NCBI GenBank assembly: GCA_964405845.1
Contig: CAYOPL010000012.1
Span: 8,884-72,883 of the forward strand
Length of the DNA: 64,000 bases
Direction: 5' to 3'
DNA from: an uncultured Dehalococcoidia bacterium
GTDB lineage: Bacteria; Chloroflexota; Dehalococcoidia; UBA6926
The notes beneath the pieces were generated by a model. That model ran no database searches. It was not told the DNA's origin and saw only the letters and a program-made list of their open reading frames with translations. The number at the start of each line of letters is the position of its first letter. Position 1 is the first letter of the stretch. Positions 29,578-38,808 of this stretch are shown here, piece after piece. Position numbers and translations under genes: made by a program.

Positions 29578-30525
29578 ATGTTGGGTACATTCAAGAGTCT
29601 GCTAACGACGATGAAGCTGGCACTCAAGCCGCCCGTTACGGCGGAATATCCGTCGGTCGCCCCCACGCTCGCTCCCCGCTTCATGGCGCACCCCGTGCTG
29701 ACGTGGGACAAGGCCGTGCCGGAGCCGTACTGTACCGGCTGCCTGGTCTGTATGCGGATCTGCCCTACGGACTGTATCGATGTCGCAATGATGGACAATC
29801 CCAAGCACGCGGAAGGGGACAGCTCCCGCCGCAAGATCGTCGAGTATTTTGATTTGAATGTCGCCGACTGCATCATGTGCGGCCTGTGCGTTGAGTACTG
29901 CAACTTCGACGCAATCATCATGTCGGACAACTTCGACGCTAGCCAGGATGCGCGTTCTAATTTGGTTTTCGATCTTGAGCAACTGCTAGAGGCTGGCAAA
30001 GAACAAGAAGCGAAAGGCCGGTGGTCCCCGCCTGAGGCGAAGAAATCACAGCGCCGCGCCACCTCGCAGAGTAGTGGAACCGCGACTGGGGCGGCAGCAT
30101 CAAGCGATGATCGCGTAGCCGCCGCCCGTGCCAAAGCCGCCGAACTGCGTGCCCAACGCGCCGCAGAGCGTGGCGAAGCTCCGCCAGCGGAGCCGACAGC
30201 GGCTGCCCCTGAACAGGCATCCGGCGACGCCCCCGCAGTTGACCCTCGCGTGACCGAAGCCCGGCGAAAGGCCGCCGAACTCCGTGCACAACGCGCCGCA
30301 GAACGTGGCGAGGCACCGCCTACAGAGGCAAGCGCACCCGCATCTGAAACTGACAGCGCCGAAGTCAAGCCAGTTGATCCGCGAGTGGCGGAGGCGAGGG
30401 CAAAGGCCGCCGAACTCCGCGCGCAGAGGGCCGCGGAACGTGCGGCGCAGGAAGCTGCCAATGCAGACTCCTCTGACAGCGAATCCGACTCAGACGAATC
30501 CAAACCCGGGACAGGCGCCGAATGA
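29578..30525 (+). CDS. nuoI: NADH-quinone oxidoreductase subunit I with repetitive C-terminal extension
   Basis: Two 4Fe-4S motifs CTGCLVCMRIC and CIMCGLCVEYC, VTAEYP; position between nuoH and nuoJ. Confidence 0.93.
   Translation: MLGTFKSLLTTMKLALKPPVTAEYPSVAPTLAPRFMAHPVLTWDKAVPEPYCTGCLVCMRICPTDCIDVAMMDNPKHAEGDSSRRKIVEYFDLNVADCIMCGLCVEYCNFDAIIMSDNFDASQDARSNLVFDLEQLLEAGKEQEAKGRWSPPEAKKSQRRATSQSSGTATGAAASSDDRVAAARAKAAELRAQRAAERGEAPPAEPTAAAPEQASGDAPAVDPRVTEARRKAAELRAQRAAERGEAPPTEASAPASETDSAEVKPVDPRVAEARAKAAELRAQRAAERAAQEAANADSSDSESDSDESKPGTGAE
30106..30441 (+). repeat. Three coding tandem repeats, 135-nt (45-aa) period, in the nuoI tail
   Basis: KAAELRAQRAAER cores start at 30133, 30268 and 30403. 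Confidence 0.95.
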
Positions 30526-31022
30526 TCGAGACCGCGATACTGGGAGCAATCGGAATAATCACCGTCGCAGCAGCCGTCGGCGTCGTCGCAACGCGGAGCG
30601 TCGTCTACGCGGCAGTGTTCCTCCTGATCTCGTTGGTCGGCGTGGCGGCTCTGTTCTTGATGATGCTGGCAGAGTTCATTGCCCTCGCGCAGGTGCTCAT
30701 CTACGGCGGTGCAATCACGATCGTCCTGCTGTTCGCCATCATGCTGACCCGCGCGCCGGAACAGACCAATGTGCAAGACAATGCGCAGCGTCCGCTCGCC
30801 GCAATGGCCTGCGTCGGGCTGTTCGCCCTGCTCGTGGCGGCGGCGTTGGCGACGCCATGGCGGACGCGTGATCCCAGCGCCGACCCAATGGCCGAGTTCA
30901 CTGCCTTAAGTGAGTTGCTCTTTAGCGATTTCCTGATTCCGTTTGAGATTGCATCGCTGGTGCTGTTAGTAGCGCTGATTGGCGCTGTTGTGCTGACGCG
31001 AAGCGGGAGAGAGGGCGCATGA
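30522..31022 (+). CDS. nuoJ: NADH-quinone oxidoreductase subunit J
   Basis: AEFIALAQVLIYGGAI.VLLFAIML, PFEIASLVLLVALIGAV. Confidence 0.95.
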   Translation: MIETAILGAIGIITVAAAVGVVATRSVVYAAVFLLISLVGVAALFLMMLAEFIALAQVLIYGGAITIVLLFAIMLTRAPEQTNVQDNAQRPLAAMACVGLFALLVAAALATPWRTRDPSADPMAEFTALSELLFSDFLIPFEIASLVLLVALIGAVVLTRSGREGA

Positions 31023-31327
31023 CTGTCCTCGAGTTCATGCTGATCCTCGGCGCAGCCCTGTTCTGCTTGGGGTTGTATGGCGTACTGGCACGGCGCAATG
31101 CCGTCCTTGTCCTCATGTCCATCGAGTTGATGCTGAACGCCGTCAACGTTCATCTGATCGCTTTTGCTCGCTACGTGGTCGGTATGGAGGCCATCGCCCA
31201 CGTGCTGATCATCTTCGTGATTACCATTGCGGCGGCGGAAGTCGGCCTTGCACTCGCAATCGTTCTCCGCATGTTTAGAAACTGGGAGACGGTCAACTTG
31301 GACCGCATCTCCACCTTGCAGCAGTAG
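31019..31327 (+). CDS. nuoK: NADH-quinone oxidoreductase subunit K
   Basis: RRNAVLVLMSIELMLNAVN, AAAEVGLALA. Confidence 0.96.
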   Translation: MTVLEFMLILGAALFCLGLYGVLARRNAVLVLMSIELMLNAVNVHLIAFARYVVGMEAIAHVLIIFVITIAAAEVGLALAIVLRMFRNWETVNLDRISTLQQ

Positions 31328-31339
31328 GGGATTCGAAGA

Positions 31340-33274
31340 GTGACCGCCCTGCTGGACGCAATCCCAATCGGCGCTCAACAGGCGTGGCTGATTGCCGCGC
31401 TGCCGTTAGCCGCTTTCGTGATTCTTGCCATTGGGCGACTCCAGATTCTGCCCCAAGCAGCCTCCTGGGTCAGCGTCGCTGCTATCGGTATCGCATTCAT
31501 CGGCTCACTCGGTGTGCTGGGCGACTACCTTGCCAACGGTGAATACGTCGGGACCGTGGTCTGGCTGTCTGTGGGAGGCTCCGAGTTTGGGTTGAGCTAC
31601 ATCGTCGACAGCCTGTCGGTGATGATGATTATCCTCGTCTCGTCAGTCTCACTCGCCGTCCAGGTCTATTCCCTTGAATATATGAAAGGCGATGAGCGGT
31701 TTGGGTGGTACTTCGCCGCGCATTCGCTATTCGCCGCGTCTATGCTTGCCCTCGTCCTGACCGGCAGCCTGCTGCTTCTTTACATCTCATGGGAACTGGT
31801 GGGTCTCTGCTCCTTCCTCCTGATCGGCTTCTACTGGGAACGGCGCTCCGCGGCTGAGGCGGCCAAGAAGGCGTTCATCACGACACGATTCGGTGATGTT
31901 GGCCTGCTGATCGGCATCATCATTGCCTATCTCAGCACCGGCACGTTCGACATCCGGGAGGTCATCGCAGCGCTGAGTGGTGGAGAGGCGGCGCTGGTAG
32001 CATTCTTGCTGTTCCTGGGCGCGATGGGCAAGAGCGCGCAATTCCCGTTCCATATCTGGCTGCCGGACGCCATGGAGGGCCCCACCCCCGTCAGCGCGCT
32101 GATCCACGCCGCGACCATGGTTGCCGCAGGCGTGTTCCTTGTGGCGCGTATGTTTGACCTTTTTGTCGAGGCCCCTGGGGTGCTCTGGTTCGTCGCCGTG
32201 ATCGGGCTGGTGACTGCCATTCTGGCTGGGCTCTTGGCACTGGGCGAGATCGACTTCAAGCGCATCCTTGCTTACTCGACGGTGAGCCAACTCGGTCTGA
32301 TGATGTTGGCGCTCGGCGCTGCCGGGTTAGCGCATGACCCCTCCCATCGCGACCCGAGCGGCGGCATGTTCCATCTGTTGACGCACGGCTATTTCAAGGC
32401 GCTCTTGTTCCTGACAGCTGGAGTGGCGCTCCATGCCATCCATGCCTCTGCCGCCTCGATTTACGAAGTGCGTGGACTGCGTACCGCCGCGCCCTTCACT
32501 GCCGCCGCGCTTGTCGTCGGCAGCTTGTCGTTGGCGGGCATTCCGTTCCTGAGCGGCTTCTTCTCCAAGGAAGGCATTCTCGCTCCTGCGCTTGAGATTG
32601 AGACGCTGCCCGGCTATCTACTCTTCTTTGGGGCAATCATCGCCTCATTCCTCAGTGCTCTGTACATGACACGGCTCGCGCTGGTTGTGGCCCAAGGAGA
32701 ACCCGCGCGAACGGCTAGTGAGCACGGTGGAGAGGGCGACCAAGCCGTCGGGTTGCATGACCCGCCGCCCCTCATGGCCATTCCTCTTGTGTTGCTGGGC
32801 GTCCTTGCCGTTTTCCTCGGCATCGTCCTCTCGTTCGGTTGGGATTTCATCGAATTCCTCACGGACGGACACCGAGAGTTTCATTTCGACACGCTACTCG
32901 CGCTTGCATCCACCCTCACCGCCGTCGCGGGCATCGGCGTCGGCCTGAATTATTGGAACAATAAGGAGCGCGTCGATGACACGGTCCTTGAGGCAGTTGC
33001 CGGGCCACTCAAGCTTGTGCAGAACCGGTTCTACATCGACGCCGCGGCGCAGTGGATCATCGACCGTATTGTTCTGGTCTTTGCCGGATTCATTCGTGAG
33101 GTTGACCGACGGGTGGTTAACGATGCGGGTGTGGATGGGCCCGCGGCGCGCACGGTCGATGCCGGGCACCTGCTGCGTGGCATCCAGACCGGCTACGTGT
33201 TCAACTATGCGCTCATTTTCACCATTGCGGCGGTAATCATCGTCGCCGTGGCCGCGTTGGCGGAAACGGTGTAG
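31340..33274 (+). CDS. nuoL: NADH-quinone oxidoreductase subunit L
   Basis: WELVGLCSFLLIGF, GKSAQFPFHIWLPDAMEGPTPVSALIHAATMV, YSTVSQLG, HGYFKALLF, QTG. Confidence 0.96.
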   Translation: MTALLDAIPIGAQQAWLIAALPLAAFVILAIGRLQILPQAASWVSVAAIGIAFIGSLGVLGDYLANGEYVGTVVWLSVGGSEFGLSYIVDSLSVMMIILVSSVSLAVQVYSLEYMKGDERFGWYFAAHSLFAASMLALVLTGSLLLLYISWELVGLCSFLLIGFYWERRSAAEAAKKAFITTRFGDVGLLIGIIIAYLSTGTFDIREVIAALSGGEAALVAFLLFLGAMGKSAQFPFHIWLPDAMEGPTPVSALIHAATMVAAGVFLVARMFDLFVEAPGVLWFVAVIGLVTAILAGLLALGEIDFKRILAYSTVSQLGLMMLALGAAGLAHDPSHRDPSGGMFHLLTHGYFKALLFLTAGVALHAIHASAASIYEVRGLRTAAPFTAAALVVGSLSLAGIPFLSGFFSKEGILAPALEIETLPGYLLFFGAIIASFLSALYMTRLALVVAQGEPARTASEHGGEGDQAVGLHDPPPLMAIPLVLLGVLAVFLGIVLSFGWDFIEFLTDGHREFHFDTLLALASTLTAVAGIGVGLNYWNNKERVDDTVLEAVAGPLKLVQNRFYIDAAAQWIIDRIVLVFAGFIREVDRRVVNDAGVDGPAARTVDAGHLLRGIQTGYVFNYALIFTIAAVIIVAVAALAETV

Positions 33275-33287
33275 GGGCTGTGACGCG

Positions 33288-34739
33288 ATGAACTGGGCGC
33301 TCCTCTTACCCGGCTACCTCGTCACCGGTCTTGCTTTCGGCGCCTTCACCCTCGACCTGATTGTGCCGCGTCTCTCACGCACGGTCTTGGTATACGGCGG
33401 CGCGGCGGTCATGGCCGCTATCGCTGTGTTCATCATTCTCACGAGTAGCAGTGATACAAACCGCTTCGCGGGCGGCATCTTAATCTTCGATACCTATTCC
33501 GCGTTCTTCTTCGCACTGTTCGTGATTCTCGCGGCGGTGACGATTCTTGGCTCTGCGCAATTCGTATCGTCCATCGACAGCCCCGGTGAGTTCGTTGCCC
33601 TCCTGATGATGTCCGCCGTCGGCGCGATGGGCATGGCGGCGGCGGGAGAACTGATCACCGCCTATATCTCATTGGAACTGCTGAGTTTCTCCTTATACAT
33701 CCTCGCGTCATACACCTGGAAGGAGCAGAGGACGAACGAGGCCGGGATGAAGTACATCCTGCTTGGCGCAATCGCCTCCGCGTTCCTCTTGTTGGGCATC
33801 ACGTACATCTACGGCCTCACGGGTGACACGCGCTACGATCAGGTGGCAAGCGGCCTAAGCGCCCTCTCGCCAAGCCCCGGCCTGATTATCGCGCTCGCCA
33901 TGCTGACAGCAGGGCTGGGCTTCAAGGTCGCAGCCGTCCCGTTCCATATGTGGACGCCCGACGTCTATGAGGGTGCCCCGATTCCCATCACCGCCTATCT
34001 TGCGGCGGCGTCCAAGGCGGCAGGATTCGCTCTCTTGATCCGTCTCGTGGCCGTCGCGCTGGAACCGGTCGCGCTCTTCTGGGATTGGGTGTTCATCCTG
34101 CTCGCCGTACTGAGCATGATGCTCGGCAACCTCGTCGCCATCCTGCAATCCAACCTCAAGCGGCTGATGGCGTATTCCAGCATTGGGCAAGTGGGCTATC
34201 TACTGCTCGGTATAGCAGCGCTTGGTGCTGACGACCCCACGAAACCGATTGCGGGAATGCTGCTTCACAGCGTCAGTTACGCCGCCTCAACGATGGTTGC
34301 GTTCATGGTGCTCCTGGCCGTTTGGCAGCAGACTGGCAAGGAGGGCGTGCGTGATTTGGCCGGTTTGGCGCGGCGCAACCCATTCCTCGCGCTGGCTCTG
34401 ACAGGGGCGTTATTCAGCCTAGCCGGGTTCCCGTTCTTCGTCGGGTTCGCAACCAAGTTCTACCTGTTCACGGTGGTTGCCACGGCAGGCGCCCGATTCC
34501 TCGTGCCGGTCGGCATCGCCATATTCGCAAGCCTGATTTCCCTGTACTACTATCTGAACATCGTGAGGCAGATGTACATCGAGGAGCCCGAGGCCGGCGC
34601 GGAGCCGATTCGTGTTTCACGGACCATGTGGCTGCTGATTCTTGGCCTGCTTGTCGCGATTGTGGCAGGTGGTCTGTATGTGAGGCCGCTGGCTGAGGCG
34701 GCGGAGTCCGCCGCGGCATCGATCTTTGCAGGCGCATAA
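33288..34739 (+). CDS. nuoN: NADH-quinone oxidoreductase subunit N
   Basis: EAGMKY, GFKVAAVPFHMWTPDVYEGAP, KRLMAYSSI, SLAGFP..GF..KF, YYYL. Confidence 0.96.
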   Translation: MNWALLLPGYLVTGLAFGAFTLDLIVPRLSRTVLVYGGAAVMAAIAVFIILTSSSDTNRFAGGILIFDTYSAFFFALFVILAAVTILGSAQFVSSIDSPGEFVALLMMSAVGAMGMAAAGELITAYISLELLSFSLYILASYTWKEQRTNEAGMKYILLGAIASAFLLLGITYIYGLTGDTRYDQVASGLSALSPSPGLIIALAMLTAGLGFKVAAVPFHMWTPDVYEGAPIPITAYLAAASKAAGFALLIRLVAVALEPVALFWDWVFILLAVLSMMLGNLVAILQSNLKRLMAYSSIGQVGYLLLGIAALGADDPTKPIAGMLLHSVSYAASTMVAFMVLLAVWQQTGKEGVRDLAGLARRNPFLALALTGALFSLAGFPFFVGFATKFYLFTVVATAGARFLVPVGIAIFASLISLYYYLNIVRQMYIEEPEAGAEPIRVSRTMWLLILGLLVAIVAGGLYVRPLAEAAESAAASIFAGA

Positions 34740-34754
34740 AGACGGGGAGAAGAA

Positions 34755-35237
34755 ATGGCGCCATCATACACGGCGGTTCTATTGCCCAATGAGGACGGGT
34801 CATACAGCGCGTTGATTCCCGCAATGTCGGGCGTCACGGGGCAGGGCTCCACACGCGCCGCGGCGCTTGAAAACGTGACCGACAACGCCGGAATAGCGCT
34901 GGGAGAGATCCTTGCGGAGGGCGGAGATGCCCCGCGCGAGGATTGGCCGCCCGTCCGCACCGTCTGGGTACGGAATCCACGCCGCGGCGACACCTCACCC
35001 TACATCGTCATGATTCAACGCACGGATGAAGGAGAGTACAGCGCCACAACTGTCGCATTCCCGGACGTGTCCACCGTTTCAGCCGATCTGGAAGATGCCG
35101 TATCCCAGGTGGGGCCATTGCTCTTTCAGCGTCTAACGGAAATGTTCGCGCAGGGGCGTCACTTTCCCACGCAGGACGACCCCCAGAACTACGTCATTCG
35201 AGTGACTGCCCGCGAGCCTGTCACAGAAGAGGCGTAG
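34755..35237 (+). CDS. Protein with two tandem HicB-like (partial RNase H fold) domains
   Basis: YTAVLLPNEDGSYSALIPAMSGVTGQGSTRAAALEN, echoed by YIVMIQRTDEGEYSATTVAFPDVSTVSADLEDAV. Confidence 0.7.
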   Translation: MAPSYTAVLLPNEDGSYSALIPAMSGVTGQGSTRAAALENVTDNAGIALGEILAEGGDAPREDWPPVRTVWVRNPRRGDTSPYIVMIQRTDEGEYSATTVAFPDVSTVSADLEDAVSQVGPLLFQRLTEMFAQGRHFPTQDDPQNYVIRVTAREPVTEEA

Positions 35238-35247
35238 GCCTGTCAGG

Positions 35248-36195
35248 CTAGCCGAGCGCGGCCAGCTTCTCGTTTAGTTCCGTCACCTCATCCGCCGTCA
35301 GCGTCCAGTCGGCAGCCTTGGCGTTCGCCTCCACCTGCTCCGGTCGTGTCGCCCCTGCGATGACGCTGACCACCTGCGGCTGGGCAAGCAGCCACGCAAT
35401 GGCGAGTTCCACCGTCGTGTGGCCGCGCTCCTCCGCAAACCTCGTGGCCACGTCCGCGATGGCAAACGTGCGCTCGTTCATAAAGCGGCCGCGGAAGTTC
35501 GCGGGCGTCGTGGACATGCGTGTCCCCTCTGGCGGCTCCTGCCCCTGCGTGTACTTGCCGGTGAGCACGCCGCCCGCGAGTGGGAAATAGGGGATGATTC
35601 CGATGTTGTACTTCACAGCGAATGGAATCAGCTCACGCTCCACGTCACGATTGATGAGGCTGTACTCCGGCTGCGTGCTGACGAAGCTGTTGAGACCCAG
35701 ATGCCGACTCGTCCACGCGGCCTCCGCCTCTTGCCACACGGCGAAATTGGAGCTGCCGATATAGAGGATCTTGCCGTCGCGGATCAGGTCGTCGAGCGCT
35801 CGAAGCGTCTCTTCGATAGGGGTGTCGTTGTCCGGGAAATGGATTTGGTACAGATCGATATAGTCGGTCTGGAGCCGCCTGAGGCTCGCCTCCACCTCAC
35901 TCGTGATGTGCTTGCGGGAGTTGCCGCTGCCGTGTGGGCCCTGCTGCATCTGCCCGCCGCCCTTGGTGGCAATCACCGCCGCCTCGCGGTTCCCCACCAG
36001 CGCTCTGCCGATGTGCTCCTCGGACTCGCCCATGCTGTAGATATTGGCCGTGTCGATAAAGTTGATTCCGTTGTCGAGCGACACCTTGATGACGATCTCG
36101 CTCCGTTCGTATTCAAGCCGCCTGCCAAAATTGTTTGTCCCCAGACCAACGGCCGAGACCTGCAGGCCTGAATTGCCCAATCGACGATATTCCAT
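35248..36195 (-). CDS. Aldo/keto reductase
   Basis: MEYRRLGNSGLQVS, IDTANIY, ATK, SLRRLQTDYIDLYQIH, GSSNF, PLAGGVLTGKY. Confidence 0.95.
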   Translation of the reverse strand: MEYRRLGNSGLQVSAVGLGTNNFGRRLEYERSEIVIKVSLDNGINFIDTANIYSMGESEEHIGRALVGNREAAVIATKGGGQMQQGPHGSGNSRKHITSEVEASLRRLQTDYIDLYQIHFPDNDTPIEETLRALDDLIRDGKILYIGSSNFAVWQEAEAAWTSRHLGLNSFVSTQPEYSLINRDVERELIPFAVKYNIGIIPYFPLAGGVLTGKYTQGQEPPEGTRMSTTPANFRGRFMNERTFAIADVATRFAEERGHTTVELAIAWLLAQPQVVSVIAGATRPEQVEANAKAADWTLTADEVTELNEKLAALG

Positions 36196-36292
36196 GAATT
36201 CCCGCTCCCCCTCAGTGATGCCCTTGATGATATGCATCATTATAGAGTGGACGTATGTCCGCCGACGCACTTCAGTGAGGAAGCGCCGCCAC

Positions 36293-37075
36293 ATGCCCAA
36301 TGCCTTGAATGAATCTGAGATAAAGCAGCGCCTCGCAACACGCATTATCGGTGCGGAGTACAGGCATCTGCCGGTCACGCATTCCACACAGGACGACGTA
36401 TCTGTGGCAAGGCGAGCAGGAGCCGCTGAGGGCCTGGCAATCACGGCTGACGAGCAAACACGAGGGCGGGGACGTTTCCGCAGATCATGGATGTCGCCCC
36501 CCGCCTCGTCCCTCCTCGTCTCGATCCTTCTGAGGCCCAGCCCAGACTTGCTCCCAGCGCTGTCGATGATCTGCGCCCTTGCCGTTCCGCGCGCCATCCG
36601 CCGCGTGTGCCCGCAGCTCAGTCCGGAGATCAAGTGGCCGAACGACATCCTCATCGGTGGCCGCAAGGTCTGCGGCATCCTCGTTGAAGTCGTGCGTGGC
36701 GAGTCCGAGGAAGATCAGTTCGCTGTCGCAGGCATAGGCGTCAACGTCAATTGGGACACGGCCTCAATCCCGGAAATCGCCGACGCATCCACGAGCCTCA
36801 GCAGGGAAACGGGTGGCGAAGTTTCGCGTGTTGACCTGCTCTGCGCCCTGCTGGAAGAGATGGACACGCTGTATGTGGACGCGCAGGCTGGTGGCGACGT
36901 ATTCGGCCAATGGCGCTCGTCGCTCGTCAACCTCGGTAAACGGGTAAACGTGTCCGGTAGCGACTCAACATTCGAAGGCCTCGCGCTTGATGTTGAGCCG
37001 GGCGGCGGACTGGTTGTCCAGACCGATGACGGGCAGCGCAGAGTCGTTCACGCGGGCGACGTGACGCTGAGCTGA
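36293..37075 (+). CDS. birA: Biotin--[acetyl-CoA-carboxylase] ligase (no HTH)
   Basis: STQD, QTRGRGRFRRSW, IKWPNDI, KVCGIL, GIGVN. Confidence 0.93.
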   Translation: MPNALNESEIKQRLATRIIGAEYRHLPVTHSTQDDVSVARRAGAAEGLAITADEQTRGRGRFRRSWMSPPASSLLVSILLRPSPDLLPALSMICALAVPRAIRRVCPQLSPEIKWPNDILIGGRKVCGILVEVVRGESEEDQFAVAGIGVNVNWDTASIPEIADASTSLSRETGGEVSRVDLLCALLEEMDTLYVDAQAGGDVFGQWRSSLVNLGKRVNVSGSDSTFEGLALDVEPGGGLVVQTDDGQRRVVHAGDVTLS

Positions 37076-37677
37076 TGGACACCACGGCGGCATCCTCGGG
37101 CGCTCAGCGGCGAGAAAATCGCCTCATTCCGGCTCTCCAATTGGGTGGAGCGCTCATCATCTCCATTGCAGTCGTTGTGCTGCTCATTCGCTACGCAAGC
37201 TTTGTTGAGAGGCTCGGTGACTGGGGATACGTTGGGATTTTCTTGTTCCAGCTCATCAACAGCGCGACAGTCGTCTTGTTCCCCGTGCCCGGCCATGCAA
37301 TCATCTTCGCCGTCTCTGGCACGCTCAACCCCCTGCTGATCGGACTCTTTGGTGCGGCCGGCGCAGCGCTGGGAGAAATCACGGCGTACATGGCGGGACG
37401 CGGCGGCTCGTCAATAGTTGATGAGAGCAGGTGGTACAAGCGGCTTGAGTCGATGGGGACACGATGGCGCGGCTGGGCGATATTTGTCTTCGCGGCCACG
37501 CCGTTGCCGTTTGACTTTGCAGGTGTGTGGGCCGGCGCGATCCGCTATCCACTGGGGCGATTCTTGCTCATCGTGGCGGCGGGCAAACTGATCCTTGTCA
37601 CCGCAATTGCTATTGCGGGCTACTACGGCGTGGACTTTATCGAGAATCTGCCCCTTGTGGGCGACGTTTTGCTCTGA
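37075..37677 (+). CDS. VTT/DedA (SNARE-associated) membrane protein
   Basis: FPVPG, GAALGE.TAY.AGR, FAATPLPFD.AG. Confidence 0.85.
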   Translation: MDTTAASSGAQRRENRLIPALQLGGALIISIAVVVLLIRYASFVERLGDWGYVGIFLFQLINSATVVLFPVPGHAIIFAVSGTLNPLLIGLFGAAGAALGEITAYMAGRGGSSIVDESRWYKRLESMGTRWRGWAIFVFAATPLPFDFAGVWAGAIRYPLGRFLLIVAAGKLILVTAIAIAGYYGVDFIENLPLVGDVLL

Positions 37678-37738
37678 GTTTCGCCTACGTTAGAATCTAC
37701 AAGAACGAACGCATGATGAATTAGCGTGCCGCGACCAT

Positions 37739-38794
37739 GTGACGAATGCGGCATGTGTGGATAGAGACGAGGCGAACGTGCTGCGGCTGGCTCTCCCTAG
37801 TAACAATCGATTGTTAAACGACACGCTGAACATGCTCAATGCATGCGGCATCCACGTGTCTCGCCGTGGAACTGGCCTTGTCGAAGAAGTGCGAGATATT
37901 CCTGAATGTGAGGCTGTCTTCCTCAGACCTGATGATATTCCGGCCATCGTTGCCGAGGGCGGCGCGCACTTGGGCATCACCGGACGCGACTGGTTTGAAG
38001 AGAAAAGCCTGTCCGGCCTGGAGAACGTGGCCTGTCTCATACCGGATCTTGGATTTGGGCACAGTCGACTCATGCTGGCCGCGCCAAGCCGCCGATTTGG
38101 CGATTCAGGTGATATTCCCGTCGGTGATCTGACCGGATGGTCGCGGCAGCTCGGGCGGGACCTGCGTGTGGCCACCAAATACCCCGGCCTCACGCAAAAT
38201 TACATGGAGGCGCACGGCATCTCTGGCAAGGGAGTGAGACTGTTCCAGGGTTCGCACGAGTTGCTGCCACACTTGGGCGCGGCCGATTTGATAGCAGATG
38301 TCGTTGTCACAGGATCAACACTCTCAGCCCATTCGTTGACTGGCCTGCGTTTGGGCAATCCACCCCGCCCGATACTCAACTCAAGCGCCGCGCTTGTCGC
38401 CTGTGTGAACAAGGAAGTTTATGACGATCAGGCCGTGCAGTCTGCTTGGCTCGTGCTTGAATATATCCACGCCAATCTCAATGCGGAAGGGCGCTATGTG
38501 GTCATGGCCAACGTTCCCGGGAGTACCCCCGAAGATGTTGCCCGCAAGCTTTTCGATCTGCCGTCTTTGGGCAGCGTAGGGCTGAAGGGGCCCACGATAG
38601 CTCCTGTGGTCACACGTGAGAGCCTCGACAGCGAAGACGGGCAGCAGTGGTTTTCCGTGTCGTTCGTCATCAATCATCAGCAGACGGAACAGCTCGTCGC
38701 AACGGAATCGCTGCGCACGATCGGGGCGACAGACGTCATCGCCTTTCCCCTCACACAGCACTTCGGCGAGCCGCCGGAACTGCCGTTGCGCTAA
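37739..38794 (+). CDS. hisG: ATP phosphoribosyltransferase, long form
   Basis: LRLALPS, RPDDIP, GITGRD, LGFG..RL, VATKYP, ADLIADVV.TGSTL; C-terminal regulatory domain with GLKGPTIAP. Confidence 0.9.
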   Translation: MTNAACVDRDEANVLRLALPSNNRLLNDTLNMLNACGIHVSRRGTGLVEEVRDIPECEAVFLRPDDIPAIVAEGGAHLGITGRDWFEEKSLSGLENVACLIPDLGFGHSRLMLAAPSRRFGDSGDIPVGDLTGWSRQLGRDLRVATKYPGLTQNYMEAHGISGKGVRLFQGSHELLPHLGAADLIADVVVTGSTLSAHSLTGLRLGNPPRPILNSSAALVACVNKEVYDDQAVQSAWLVLEYIHANLNAEGRYVVMANVPGSTPEDVARKLFDLPSLGSVGLKGPTIAPVVTRESLDSEDGQQWFSVSFVINHQQTEQLVATESLRTIGATDVIAFPLTQHFGEPPELPLR

Positions 38795-38808
38795 CGGATG
38801 CCGATGCC

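Noticed and set aside
30106-30441. Regularly spaced repeats as a CRISPR-like array
   Set aside because: The repeats are in-frame coding, vary at synonymous sites, have a 135-nt period, and no cas genes are present.
27102-30776. Long antisense ORFs (27102-28256 and 29553-30776)
   Set aside because: These are shadows of nuoD and nuoI/J caused by GC-rich codon bias; they have no motifs or RBS.
36196-36678. Long N-terminal extensions on the aldo/keto reductase and BirA ORFs, implying overlapping divergent genes
   Set aside because: Family-typical starts with RBS lie at 36195 (-) and 36293 (+), leaving an ordinary divergent promoter gap.
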